Assembly: GCF_006345805.1 (NCBI RefSeq)
Contig: NC_043008.1
Span: forward strand, 33,108,001 to 33,172,000
Reading direction: 5' to 3'
DNA from: Octopus sinensis
Taxonomy: Eukaryota
Length of the DNA: 64,000 bases
Within the stretch, counting starts at the first letter, position 1. The number at the start of each line of letters is the position of its first letter. A program made the position numbers and the translations under genes. Shown in pieces: positions 36,690 through 50,119 of this stretch. The notes under the pieces were generated by a model. The model saw only the letters and a list, made by a program, of their open reading frames with translations, did not search any database and had not been told where the DNA came from.

Positions 36690-37050
36690 CCAAAGGCAGA
36701 CTCATGATCAAAGGCATTCCAATCATGAGCATCCCAGTTTCAGGCATGTATAGAGGGCACTTTTGGACCACAAAGAAGGAACTTCAAGATCACTTTGATG
36801 ATACATACACCAGATTTTTCATAAGGGCTCAAAACATCCCATGGTATAAGTACAAGACCAAAGAGGATCATTATAGGAACAGTCTACCCATCACTATTAT
36901 TGTAGTCCCAAGTAGGGTAGATTGTGTCAACCACTGCTATTGTGCTGAATACTGGGCCATATTGAATGTTATATTTTGCAAACTACAACACCCTGATACA
37001 GGACTTAGACTATTCAACAACACTGATGATACTGGCAGAGAGAACAACAT
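36690..37050 (+). mobile_element. RTE/RTEX-like LINE C-terminal remnant
   Basis: DDTYTRFFIRAQNIPW...VNHCY resembles DGxYTRMLRAALNISW...FAGHC. Confidence 0.55.
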
Positions 37051-37581
37051 GAAATTGAGAATCTGTCAAAGCTGAAGAGAACAGGGATTCCTGGCATAAT
37101 GTGGTGAAATGCATTTTGGTTGTGGTCACTTGAAGAAGAATGTATAGTGAAAAGATTGACAGGAAACAACTTGACAAGTCCCTTAACCTCTTGGGGGCTG
37201 TTGGGGTGCTGCAGCCATGCAGTGTCTCTAGGGCAAGAAAGCCTGGAGGAGCCCATCCCTCTCCAGGATAAACTCATTTCTACAGCTGAGTGGACTGGAG
37301 CATGAAATGAAGTGTTTTGCTCAAGAACACAACAGACTGCCTGGTCCAGGGATTGAAACCACAATCTTATGGTCATAAATCCAAAACCCTAACCACTAAG
37401 CGATGCGCCTCCACTAGTGGTACTCATTTCTACAGCTGAGTGGACTGGAGCAACATGAAATGAAGTGTTTTGATCAAGAACACAATGCATCACCCAGTCC
37501 AGGAATCGAAAACACAATCTTATGATCGTGAGTCCAACACCCCTAACCACTAAGCCATAAGCCTCCATGGAAACAACTTAC

Positions 37582-37671
37582 CTCATAAGAAATGGCATCA
37601 GAATGTCTGGAACAAGTTGGTTTCATCAGCTTCACAGATTTCTCAGACTGTAGATTTTCGTGTAAAATTTC
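37582..37671 (-). CDS. CTC1: CTC1 exon 9 (90 nt, phase 0-0)
   Basis: tatattcttcag|GAA ... TAT GAG|gtaagt; ends AISYE, and joining to exon 10 gives ISYEGEITG, matching recalled LSYSGAVTG. Confidence 0.87.
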
Positions 37672-38279
37672 CTGAAGAATATACATATATATGTGGAGAA
37701 CTGGCAGAATTGGAAAAGTGAGAGGGAAAATATTTTGAGTTATTTGGTCAAGTCTCTTGACATTCTGAGTGCAAATCCTGTTCAGGTTCACCTTGCTTTT
37801 TATCCGTCCAAGGTCACAAGAGCTTACTATAATACAACTTGGTCACGACATACTTTTCCGACTTGACCAATTTGCCTCTATATTTGCAATGCAAGATATA
37901 TCTAACACTTTTAAAGAAAAGGGAAATAAAAACATCAACAAATTTTGTATTAATCATCATAATCATCATCATTTTTATGTCCACTTTTCCATGCTGGCAT
38001 GGATGGAATGGGTTGTATGGGCCTGAGTCAGTTCTTATTTGGAGATTACTTCCCTTCATGATGGGTTGGGGACAAACATCACACTCACATTTAATGTCTT
38101 GGTATGTTCCCTTTAGCTGTGTTGTCTTCCAACTGCCATTTTACAGGGCAACAGAAGCACAGGCATTTCTCAGCCACACAGCCACACCTGCACTTCTTTC
38201 ATTGGCTCAGAGTATCATGCAGTGAGATTAAACTCAGAATACATGGCTGGGAAACAAGCTTCTCAACCATGTGTTCAAC

Positions 38280-39225
38280 ATCATCATCATCATTTAACAT
38301 CTGTTGTCCTTGGTGGCATGGGTTGAACAGCTTGACTAGGCTGGCCTGCTGGAAGGCTGCATCAGGCTCCAGTCTGATTTGGCATGGTTTTCTATGACTG
38401 GATGCCCTTCCTAATGCCAACCACTCTGAGAGTGTAATAGATGCTTTTACATGCCACTGGCATGGGTGCCATTTGCATGACACTGGTATCTGCCACAAAT
38501 GCAAATTTGCTTGGTTTGATGGGTCTTCTTCTCAAGCACAACATAATGGCAAAGGTCTTGGTCAGTGCTTCCATGAGGCCCAACACTCGAAAGGAACTCA
38601 GCCACTTTGTCTTTGTCAGGCCCAATGTGCAAAAGGGACTCAGCCACTATGCTTCGATGAGGTCTAACGTTCAAAGGTTGATTTTTTACATGCAACTAGC
38701 ACAGGTGCACTTGGCTTCATGGGTCCTCTTAAGCAGTGCACATTGCCTCGTGACCATACCAGTGCAGTCGTCTCTCTTGCACACCACATCTGATTCCTCT
38801 TATGCCTAACTTTTTTCTCAAGATACTTACACTCTGTCAAATATACACACTGACATTGCACATCCAGTGAAGCATACTGGCTTCATTTCTCTCAAGCCTA
38901 TGCATGTCCTCGACTGTTATAGCCCATGTTTCACTGACATGCAGAATAGCTGTTTGCACACAGGCATCAAACAATCTGCCTTTCACTCTGAGAGACAGGC
39001 CCTTTGTTGCCAGCAGGGGTAGCTCTCTGAACTTTGCAAAACCTAATCTTATTCTCACAGCTACACTCTCAGAACATCCACCTCCACTACTAACCTGGTC
39101 ACCTATGGAAGCTATCTACTACCTCTACCTTGCCCCTCTGGCAGTTGATGGAGTCTATTTTCTGCACATGTTCAGCATTTATTATGCCTGTGCATCTTCC
39201 ACATACAAAAGTTAGTTTCTAAATT
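38280..39225 (-). mobile_element. RTE-clade LINE 3' portion, older copy of the 8.9 kb family
   Basis: FVCGRC (end of PHD), VVDSF, FAKFRELPLL, LHVSETW, 3' UTR core and (GAT)n tail. Confidence 0.85.
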
Positions 39226-39437
39226 CTGTTCTGAATTCGATTTCACTGTACAACACCTTGGGCTAATGAAACAGATGCAGGTGCAGCTGGTGGCTGATAA
39301 GCTTGTTTGCATTCTATGTAGTCTGAGGTCAGTCCCATTGTGAGGCACTAGGAAAAGCATCTCCTATTATAGCCCTGAACCAATGAAAGCCTTGTGAGTG
39401 GATTTGGTAGACAAAAACTGAAAGAAGCTGTTGTACA

Positions 39438-39465
<28 letters not shown>

Positions 39466-39469
<4 letters not shown>

Positions 39470-39720
39470 AAATAATATGTGACAATTATTCTATAACCAA
39501 GATAAAACTCTGAGTTTTGGATGCCAAGGTGGAAATCCACAACACCATCTCTTCAGTTATCTGGCCAGATAACCGAAGAGATGGTGTTTCGGCATCCAAA
39601 ATTCAGAGTTTTATCTTGGGTATTGAATAACTGTCACATATTATTTTACAGATAAATTTCCTCTATTTACATAATATTGAGGTCTCTTTCTTTCTTTTGT
39701 TATCTTACCGTTTTTACCAA
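39466..39720. mobile_element. Palindromic element: head-to-head pair of hammerhead-like units plus a 3' tail ending at (TA)n
   Basis: 39466-39564 and 39565-39650 are reverse complements about a loopless centre; the right copy continues to 39720. Confidence 0.7.
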
Positions 39721-40277
39721 TATATATATATATATATATATATCTCTTTGTGTGTATTTTTATCCAGATGTGACATGATAGTGGTAAACAAGCATCATTG
39801 TCATACAAGCAAGGTTGTCTTCCATGAAAAACATGTCTAGCTATGGAAAAATATTATCTTGCTTGGAAACTGATGTTTGTAACAGGAAGGGCATCCAGCT
39901 GTAGAAAATCTACAGCAACAAATTGTGTTTGACCCATGCAAGCATGGAAAAGTGGGCATTAACGACTGTTATGATGATGAATGAGTTTGTTTTATTGTTG
40001 CACCATCACAAGTGAGGTTGACTTCCCAGCAAGACCAAAGAGTCGCCTGTAACTTACAGTGTCCGAATTCACTGACTAACAACAGAGATGTTATCTCCTT
40101 GCCACCAGTAACACTAAAAAGAATCCCACTTATTCATGTTGTTTCTATTTGTTTCTCTTGATTCCCCACAAAAGTCAGCGAGGAAGAAAGTCTGAGAGAG
40201 AGGGTGAGAAGAGTAACAGAAGAGAACCAAGGTGATACGAATGAAATGGGAAATATCTAAAGTACTTATGAAATTAC

Positions 40278-40370
40278 CTTTAACAAACAAACTGAAAGTT
40301 GATAATCATTTGTTATATGCAGCTGAGAGGTCTTGGTTGGAACATACAGGGGTGTCAGTGAGTTCATAGC
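40278..40370 (-). CDS. CTC1: CTC1 exon 8 (93 nt, phase 0-0)
   Basis: gatataatttcag|GCT ... TTA AAG|gtaatt; LYVPTKTSQLHI resembles recalled human VWMTSQSSRLLL. Confidence 0.82.
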
Positions 40371-40749
40371 CTGAAATTATATCAACATAGAATGAAATAA
40401 TACCTTGCTGTTAACAAAAAAGGAACAATATAATTTGCAACAGTGGTCCCCAACCACCAGGATGCACCCAAGTAACAGGCCATGGAGCATTTGGTACTGG
40501 GCCACACAGACAGAATAAACTTTTAAATTCTATTTCTATTTCATTGACTATCACAGTCTTGTGGGTGTTTTTGAACTATATATAATACATGTAATATATA
40601 TATATATACATGTAATATATATATATATAATTAAGATTCAGTTGAATTAGGTACTTAAATTGAGGCACCTTGCCAGATCGGTGTAGTCAGCACAGCTCCA
40701 AGTTAGGTGAACAGAATGTAAATAAGTAAATGTATTGATAACTGTACAT

Positions 40750-42300
40750 CCTTGTTACTTATTTACATGTGTGCGTGCATGTCGAATTTGCCACTGGCTT
40801 ATTTCAATTCTGCAGCAAAGTTTGTTGTGACTTCTGACACTTCTGAAAATGGTATAGGAGCAGTAATGCTACAGCAATATGAAGGCAGTGGTTCATGTCT
40901 CACATTCTCTGATAACCGCAGAGAAAATCTATAGTCAAATGGAAAAAGAAGTTCTTGCAATTATTTTTACCATTAAGAAATTTCAGATATTTGCACGGTA
41001 GAAGTTTTAGTTTACAAACTGATCACAGACCATTATTATCAATTTTGGGTCAAAGAAAGGAATTCCTACCCATACTGCAAATAGATTGCAGCACTAGGCT
41101 ATGAAATTGTTGAATTACAACTTTAAGATGGAGTGCATTCCTTCTAAGAAAATTTGACATGCAGATTGTTTATTGCAATTAATTCCAAAGAATGTGGAAC
41201 CACTGGAATATATGGTTAAAGCCACATTACAATCAGAAAAGGAAATTAAAAGTATTATGTGTAATGTCATTCAGGAGTTGCCAGTGACTGTACAAGATAT
41301 AAAAAGTAAATCAACGGAGGACAACTACATCATAAAATTGAAGGAAACCATGAAAAAAAAAAAAACAAACACGAATGTGAACCATTTTTCACTCTGTGAC
41401 AATGTATTAATGAACACACAAAGTGTGGTAGTAACTACTGCACTACAGAAATGTGTATTACATGAATTTTATAGTGGACACCCTAGGATGTCAAGAATGA
41501 AAGCTTTGATGAGGAGTTACATGCTTTGGCCAACAATGGACCAGGACATTGAAAATTTGGTGAAATCATGTAGAGGTTGTATGCTAACAGCCAAGGCACA
41601 ACTGGTGAAATACCAATCAAGGCCTGACTGAGACTGATAGTTCATGGTCCAGGGTACATATAGACTACGCTGGACCAGTGAATGGCACGTACTACTTGAT
41701 CATTGTTGATAGCTTTACCAAGTGGCTGGAAGTATGTAGATGCAGTCAACCAACCTCAATGGCAAAAATAAAGTTCCTGCTCAAACTTTTTGCTCAATAC
41801 GGTGTTCTGGACACCATAGTAACAGACACAGAATTTACAGGATATAAGTCCAAAAATTTCTGCAAAATACAAAAATGCTAGCAGAGCTATGCCAGCAGAT
41901 CACAAGGCCTCCCATGCTAGACTGGTCAAAAGGTAGGGGCCAGACTAACATGAACCACCTTTTCCCAGAGATAAAAATAGGTTTGTATAGGGTCAAGACC
42001 CATATCTAGAAAAAAAGTAAAGTTACAGAAGCATTGATGACAATTCAAAACCAATAACGCATGAAAGAAGGCCTTCCCTTGGAGAAACAGATGACAAGGT
42101 GCAGCAAAATATCACAGGAAAGCAATATCCTGCATTATGCATCAGATGCTGACCTGGAACTCACCAGGGAGGTGGAAGAGAGAACACCCTAAAAAAAGCT
42201 GGAGATCAGATACTGAGACTGAGCTTATAAAGTAGGGATCCAACTGAGAAGTAAAAAAAACAAAAGCAGTGGAGGGAAGTATTTGATGGCCCATGATTCA
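40750..42300 (+). mobile_element. Degenerate Gypsy LTR-retrotransposon pol remnant (RNase H, integrase)
   Basis: YSQMEKEVLAIIF, QTDHRPL, HPRMSRMKALMRSYMLWP...CRGC, HIDYAGP...IVDSFTKW; stops and frameshifts. Confidence 0.85.
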
Positions 42301-42432
42301 TAGGGAGTGAAGAGCTGAAATAAAATGAATGGTCCTATTTTTACCTTTGATCATGAGATTGTTGATCAGTGGTGACTTGCAAATAAACTATAATCCAACA
42401 GCAAAAATAGTAAAAATAAGTTTTATACTTAC

Positions 42433-42516
42433 TGTTACAATATTTGTTGGCTTTAATGAAGTGAATACATAACTTTCTCCAACACACACAAGTTGTTGCC
42501 AGTGTAAATGTAGGTT
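42433..42516 (-). CDS. CTC1: CTC1 exon 7 (84 nt, phase 0-0)
   Basis: tattgttttctatttag|AAC ... GTA ACA|gtaagt; LHWQQLVCVGESYVFTSLKPT resembles recalled human [21 protein letters not shown]. Confidence 0.87.
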
Positions 42517-42559
42517 CTAAATAGAAAACAATACACATTTTTAATGTTGTTTTAATAAC

Positions 42560-43070
42560 CAGGAGGATTGCTCTGCCAACTTTATTTGACCACGAAAGGC
42601 AGGCAGTTTTCCTCTGAATTTTGCTCATAGTAAATGAGTTTGTAAGATGGAAAAAAAATTCAAAAGACTGGTTATTGGCATTTTTCTCTTTAACCAAACA
42701 TTCATCAATTTCAAATTCCATTTGAAGAGGAAGGTTAGGGTGGCAAGAGAGGTCCTTCCACCGGTGAATTTACTGCAAGGCAAATAGGAGTGACAGGAAT
42801 GGTACTCTTATCTACCTGAACTTCATCATTTGCAGGTATCTGCTCATCATATGCCAGCCAAATTCCACTACCAACAATATATAGGTAAAACATGTCTGTG
42901 GCTTTATTTCAGAGAATCCATCAATGTAAATACCACAGTAATACAGCATTCTAATAATACATTCACATTAAGTAAGATATAGAGATTACCATTTGTTATT
43001 AATACTACTTCTGTCACTAATATTTGTTTTTTTAAGAGCCTGCTGACTCTTTTTATTACATCAGTGACTG
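42560..43070 (-). mobile_element. Possible piggyBac transposase remnant
   Basis: TLMDSL, VLPIYCW and WLAY across frames resemble GVDLMDxL...WPIFxW...NAWxxY; heavily decayed. Confidence 0.3.
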
Positions 43071-45641
43071 AACAGTCACCATTTTGTGCATTAGTGTCTC
43101 CTTGCCTTGACAATGTGTGATAGTCGTAAATGAGTGTCACTGTCATACAAGCAGTGCCTTTCATTTCCAATATTTTGCCAAAAATATATATGGCCATGGA
43201 GAAATATTACCTTACTTGGAAATGGGTGATGGTTAGTAAGTGGAAGAGCATTCAGCCATAAAGAATCTGCTTCAAAAAACTCTATCCAATACATGCATGG
43301 AAAAGTGGGAATTAAAAACGATTTGTTTTATTCTATTAACTTACATAATAGTTTTCTCATTACCATTCTTTGTTTTTTATTTGTTTCATATACCATTTTA
43401 TTCGCCCACTTAAATTCAATTTCCAATTCATTAAACTGGTATGTATATGTACCAAATTGTTGAACATGTTTCCAATACAATAGTGACAAGTAGAAAACAG
43501 TGAAACTACATTACGTTTACTTCAGATGTAATTCTTTTACAAATATTTTATTATAACTTTCTTTTTTATACAGTATCATATCACTCATACATCTTATCTA
43601 CTCAACTGTTAGGCAAATTTTCATTACAAACGCACGTGCAGAGCATGGTGAAACTGTATTACATTATATTTTAATCAGATATTTTATCACTATGTGTGCT
43701 TCCCAGCAGCCTTAGTATTAATAATGTTATTATAGAAAAAAAATGATGGTACAATAACTATGTTTTGGTAATAATTTCCATTTACACAGGCACTAAATTG
43801 TTGAAATATTTCCATTACAAATGTGCACATTGAGCACAGTGAAACAATATTGTTTTAATTATTGTTATAATATATTTTTCTTTACTTGCATTACTTGCCA
43901 TTAGCCTCATCCAAACTACTTCTATCACTACCAACACCACTTCACTCTACTACCTACATCCTTATCTCTTCAATCATTATCAGCAAAATTACTAAGACCA
44001 CAACCACCACTAACACTGACACCACCATACCACAGCCACCAATATAAATATCCTCATCATTTCAGTATTAATTTTCATGCCAATGCACAATTAACACGTT
44101 TAAAATTCAGCATCATTCTGTAAATCTCAAACTTTGTGCATCTCATCTTAGAAGCTAAACATTCCAAGCTAACAGTACGTTCCAAATGCTTTTCATTGAT
44201 CAGCCTCAATTAGATATCTTCCATAATAACTGAGGATTCTTTAGATACCCAACATATATCAACCCTTCATGTCACACTGATGTATTAGTCCTTCATATAT
44301 GGATGTCTTATCTTGGGTAGCTATGTATCTTCTCCACAGCAAAACATCCCTGCTTTCCTCTGTAAAAATCTCCTCTCTACTCTCTCAAATACTCCTCTCA
44401 TTTAGTCTAAAGGACTTTTTCATTTTTCCCCCCTTTTTCCTTTCTTTGGTCTTGTCTTGCAAGTAGCTTAGCTACTTCACTAGTGTCTGTGGCATGAAAA
44501 AAAAGAGCATCAAGTACACACTGTAAAGTGACTGGCGAAAGGTATCAAGCCAATGAAACCATGCCAAAGCTGATGTGGAGTACAAAGCAGCCCAGTGGCT
44601 CACCAGACCCTGTCAAACCATTCAATCCACGCCAGAATGGAAAATAAACATGAAATGATATGATGATGTCTAATTCAGCCAGTTGTATCAAATGACAGTC
44701 ACTATCATCATCATGATTATCATCATCATTTAACATCCATGTTCCATGCTGGAATTGGTTGCATATTTTGAAAAGATCCAATGGTTCCAAGGACTGCTTC
44801 GTGCTTCAACATCTGCATTGTTTCTATGGCTGGATGTCTTTTCTATCACCAACTACTACTTTACAACATGTACTAGATGCTTTTTTTCTTCCCGTCACCA
44901 GCACTACTGGGGTCACCATGTCTATGTCAGCCTTTTATATTATACAGCTATACAAGCCCATCATAACATATGGCTGCATCAGACTTCATACAGCTACATC
45001 AGCCCTTTGTATCATGTGGTTGTATATATATCATTAAACATACTTCTCTTGCATACATCATACAGTAGCAATGATACCAGATACGTTGCTAAAATTTGTA
45101 TGGAAGGGTTTTAGTCAAATGAATAAGTTTCATGTCTAGTTGTTATTTACAATTACCTAAAGCAGATTCTGAACACACATCAAACAGGTACTTAGTTAAA
45201 CTAAATAATGAGAGACAAGATAAAAGACACATAGGATAATGTGGTAACTTGATTAAATGTCATTTTTATAGTTTCAGGTTGATCCATACATTGTTAGTGA
45301 AATTGGGTAGATAGAAGTGATATAGAATCCAAACTGGGTAGATTGTACTTATTACAATGATTCAACTTGAGAAATATTGGACATTCAAAACCACTTACAT
45401 GTTAATTCAGGATCAGATTAAACAACTGAATCCTCATTGTCAACTGACAGGGATCTGCCATGCCATCATACAAAAGTGAGTCAGAAAATTATGCAAATAA
45501 AAATTGCATTATTTTCTGATTCACCCTCAAGTAGGTGTGTGTGTAATATACATATAAATATATTACAGTAACACATACATGAAGGTGATTCAGAAAGTAA
45601 TGCAATTTTTAGTTGCATTACTTTCTGACTAATCTTCATAT

Positions 45642-45673
<32 letters not shown>

Positions 45674-46240
45674 TATATATATATGATCATCATCATCATT
45701 AAACGTTCATCTTTCATGCATGCATGGGTAGGATGGTTGACAGGAGCCAGCCAGGTAGAAAAACAGACAAACTACCCTAAGCTACTGTGTCTGTTTTAGC
45801 AGGGATTTTACGACTGGATGTCCTTCCTAACACCAACCACTCATATATATTTTAAATACACAAAGCATATACATTAGTATATGTATTTAACGATATTTAT
45901 TATACAAGAGATGCTTTTACTTCGTAAATATATATAAACAGACATACACACACACACACACACAATAGGCTTCTGCACAGTTTCCATCTCACAAATGTCA
46001 TTTGCAGAACATTAATCAACCCAAGGCTATGATAGAAATTTACCCAAGGAACCACATTGTGGGGACCTAAACTAGAACCACATGGTTTTGAAGCAAACTT
46101 CTTGACCATAAAAATATTTCTCAATTCGAATCAGTGTAACAAGTACAATCTATCCAGTTTGGAATCTATACAGCTTCTATCTACTCAACTCCTTAACCAT
46201 ATGAAAATATCTTCACAAGTGTAACAAGGAAACTGCTTAC

Positions 46241-46310
46241 TTTCACAAGAATGACAATGGACTTGTTTCCTTTGACGAGTTCAATAAAAAATACAAGGTC
46301 TTTCTTGATT
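46241..46310 (-). CDS. CTC1: CTC1 exon 6 (70 nt, phase 2-0)
   Basis: tttgttctttgacag|A ATC ... GTG AAA|gtaagc; KIKKDLVFFIEL...SIVILVK resembles recalled human KSKQKAYFILSL...VSIIVQ. Confidence 0.85.
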
Positions 46311-46655
46311 CTGTCAAAGAACAAATATAAATTTGCAGTAAATAATAATTATGACATTCATTTCTAAGTTTCAAAACAATTTCTATAGAATAAATAGAAG
46401 ACTTCTGGTGAAATAGCTTTTTTTTTTAAGTTTGTCATGGCCTTTGTTCCTGGTTACAGCCATTTCACTTCATTTCATAGGCCCTGCGAATACCCTCGTG
46501 TTTTGGACATGACTTTAAAGTGCTTTCGGTAGTGAAACACTGGTTCAGGAGTCCCAGAGTCTTGAGGAGTGTGGAACCACCTCTTACCCACCAGTGTTCT
46601 CAGGTCCACTCTGACTCAGAGTAGTAGCATTTATCGGGCTCCCAACTATGGTTAA

Positions 46656-47742
46656 CCCTTTCGTTACCAAACCGCCCAAAGCCGCCCGAAAAAAATTTTG
46701 GTTTATGAGACCAAACCGCCCAAAGCCGCCCGAATTTACCTATTCATATTTAAATGAGAATATCAGAACAAATCTCTTCAGTACATTCGTGAAAACACGT
46801 ATTATGCTTCGTAAACAGTTCAACTACAGTTTTGTACAATAATCGAAGTGTAATTTTAATTCCGTGAATTTTGGGAGATTTTTTTCCGAAATTTGTTCCT
46901 ATTGTGTTTTCAAAATTTGTAATTCTGACAAAAAATGGATACGAATTTCATTATATCAAGCAGCGAGTCAGAATTCGAAGGATTTTCTACTGAAGACCTT
47001 CATAAATCTAACTCTATGACTGAAAAAAAAAAGCATGTGGTATTTGATAATGAATCTGATGTTTCATTTTCCGAAAGTGAAAACAGTGAATCTGAGATCT
47101 CCGATAGCGATAAAGAAAACGAATTGGCACCTGAATGGAGTGAAAATTTAAAAACTGTTTCTTTCGGAGATTTTTCTGAAGAAACTGGACCAAGCCACAG
47201 ACTTTCCCAGAAGGGTAAAGCCTTAGACTATTTCTTTTTACTTTTTCGAATGAGCCCATTTGAAATCATTACGACGAAAACGAACCGTTACGCTAAACGT
47301 AAACAAAACAAAAGAAAGGATAGTTTGTTATTTCCCACAACCTTAAATGAAATTAAGGCCTATTTTGCCATAAATATTATTATGGGTATCAGAAAGTTAC
47401 CCAGAATAACAAATTCTATCGTAAAATTTTGTTGTATACCCAATTGAATATTAGCTAATAACCCATTTTCTATAGCGATGTTTGAACAAAATTTTAATAA
47501 TTTTATATTTTGTGGAATTTACCTGTATCTACCTACAATTAGAGTCACTTTGTGACAAAAATTATAGTATAGAATTGGTTGAGAATATTTCATTAAATTA
47601 TCTTCCAAAAATCAGATTAATATATCGATAAATAAAAAAGTTATAGTTGTTTAATGAAACCAGACTAAATTTATGATTACGTTAGAAATTAATTGAAACA
47701 CATAAGGGGTGTAATTTGGTCAGAAATATAGTAACGAAAGGG
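46656..47742 (+). mobile_element. piggyBac internal-deletion derivative retaining the transposase N-terminus (ORF 46935-47447)
   Basis: TTAA TSDs at 46652-46655 and 47743-47746; TIRs CCCTTTCGTTAC / GTAACGAAAGGG; sub-terminal repeat accaaaccgcccaaagccgcccgaa twice; TNRYA...EIKAYFAINIIMGI motif. Confidence 0.92.
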
Positions 47743-48819
47743 TTAATTAGCATGAAAACAGAGGTCATTTGTGAAAATGGGAATATACAGACTTAGACCA
47801 AACTGCAGGTGACCTTTTGGCAAAACCTAGCATTTTGTAATCACTAGATGGAACCATGTAATGCAGCATGGTGGATGTGAACTATTTCAGAAGATCAACT
47901 TACTGAGTCAATGGCAAATATCAGTAGAGGTGGAGTGGATGAACAGTCAAAAGACTGCCAATGGCCAGGATCAGCCAGAAAAGTTTGAAGTTTGCTTTGA
48001 TTTCTAGATAGAAGCAAACAGGAAATAACACTTACCAAAGGCAAAGAAAAAAAATTGTTACACAGTGTAATATACATGAAGTGAAGTCCGATGGCTGTAG
48101 TGAACCAGCCAGGTTTTGCTCTGACCACACTTTCTTTACCCAACCTTTTCTAGGGGCTTCCCCTTTTGGGGTGAGCAGTGCTCTCTGAAAAAGGGCTGGT
48201 CAGACTCTCACACCACCACCTCAGTCTGCTGGTGCTTAGGGTTCAGCATTGACTGTGACCATTAGGAGCAATCACCTGTGTGCAGAGCTCTTACTAGCAG
48301 CTCCCAGTTACTTATATCAACTAGCGTTACATTCACTCACACCTCTACTTCAGCTTGTGGGTGCTCAGGGTTCAGCATCGTCTGCGATCATTTGGAGCAA
48401 GCTGCCTGTGTTCTGAGCTCTTGCTGGTAGCTTCTAGTTACTTACACTGACTACTGTTACATTCACTCCATCACCACAGGTCTTCCCACTTCTCTGAACA
48501 AAACACTTTGGATGGTGGGTAAGGCAGTTGGCATCATCCCTACATTAGGGTCTTCGTGTCAGGTACCAAATGATGTGCAAGTGTACAAGAAGTAAGGTTG
48601 ACAATGAGGCTGCCCTGCAGTAATAGCTCACTTACTAGCAGACACCCAACTGCTGTCTGATGGTATAGACTTTTAACTTGGAAGAGATGTTCATAGGTAG
48701 AATACGTTTGATGATAAGATCTGTTCTATCAGTGATCACCTGGGGTTAAACAACCAGAACAACAGCAATAAGTTTTCAAAGAAAATGAACCAAAACTGAA
48801 TCAAAGGAATCCTACTTAC

Positions 48820-48885
48820 TTTCCAATCTCAGAAACAGCAAACACGGTGCCAGTTACAGAGATATTGCTCACATTAAACTTGCCC
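48820..48885 (-). CDS. CTC1: CTC1 exon 5 (66 nt, phase 2-2)
   Basis: cttgtaattgaacag|G GGC ... GGA AA|gtaagt; NISVTGTVFAVSEIG resembles recalled human RNLAGSLVRLSALV. Confidence 0.85.
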
Positions 48886-49519
48886 CTGTTCAATTACAAG
48901 AAGACAATTTAATCAGCATTGCAAATACAGGGTTAATTAGTGAGAAAAATTATATTAATTACCTATGTATTTGGCCAGCTTCATATTACACATGCACAGT
49001 CACAGAACAAGTCGCACAGGCAATCTTTCTCTCCCTTTCTCTCTTTTACACACACACACTCAAAGTCACAAATACAAACACAATCACAGAGATACTAAAA
49101 TAAATGATCACACACACATACACACACATGCATGCACACACACACACACAGTCAATTTATCACATCCAATATCACACACAATTACATGCATTTGATCACA
49201 CACCGAATCACTATACTCCTACACAACACAACAAAACTAACTCTACACTGCTCTACATAAACCACTCCATCCTAAACCACATGAAACACTACATGTTTTC
49301 ACTACTCTATACAACTCTGTCCCAAGCTACACTGTAAAACTTACAACTCTACACAGCAAAACATTTACATGTATACTCTATCCAAAACTAGATGACGTAT
49401 TGCTCCACAATGTTCTACACTGCCCTACATATCTACACTACGTTTCTATACCACATTAAACATTATTCACAGATATTACATCAGTAAAATACTCACACAT
49501 ACCTGTATATGTGTATGTA

Positions 49520-49866
49520 TTTCTCTATCTATCTATCAATCTATATCTATCTATCTGTCTGTCTGTCAATTTATCTATTAATCTATCTATCTCTAACCAT
49601 TTACTTATATCTATTATTTATCTATTTCTATCTGTCCATTTATCTGTATCTATCTATCTATCTATTTCTATCTGTCCATTTATCTATATCTATCTATCTA
49701 TCTCCATCCATTTATCTATTTCTATCTATCTATCTATCCATTTATCTGTTTCTATCTATCTATCTCTATCTCTTTATCTATTTCTATCTATCTATCTATC
49801 TATATCCATTTATCTATCTATCTCTATCCATTCATCTATTTCTATCTATCTATCCATTTATCTATT

Positions 49867-49901
<35 letters not shown>

Positions 49902-49926
49902 CTATCTATCTATCCATTTATCTATT

Positions 49927-49961
<35 letters not shown>

Positions 49962-49986
49962 CTATCTATCTATCCATTTATCTATT

Positions 49987-50021
<35 letters not shown>

Positions 50022-50084
50022 CTATCTATCTATCCATTTATCTATTTCTATCTATCTATCTATCTATCTATCCATTTATCTATT

Positions 50085-50119
<35 letters not shown>

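Noticed and set aside
42341-42721. 126-aa minus ORF as a CTC1 exon
   Set aside because: Exon 7 lies inside it but in a different frame; the rest resembles decayed piggyBac sequence.
42731-42742. TTAGGG as telomeric sequence inside a telomere gene
   Set aside because: Single hexamer expected by chance; I saw no telomeric array in the window.
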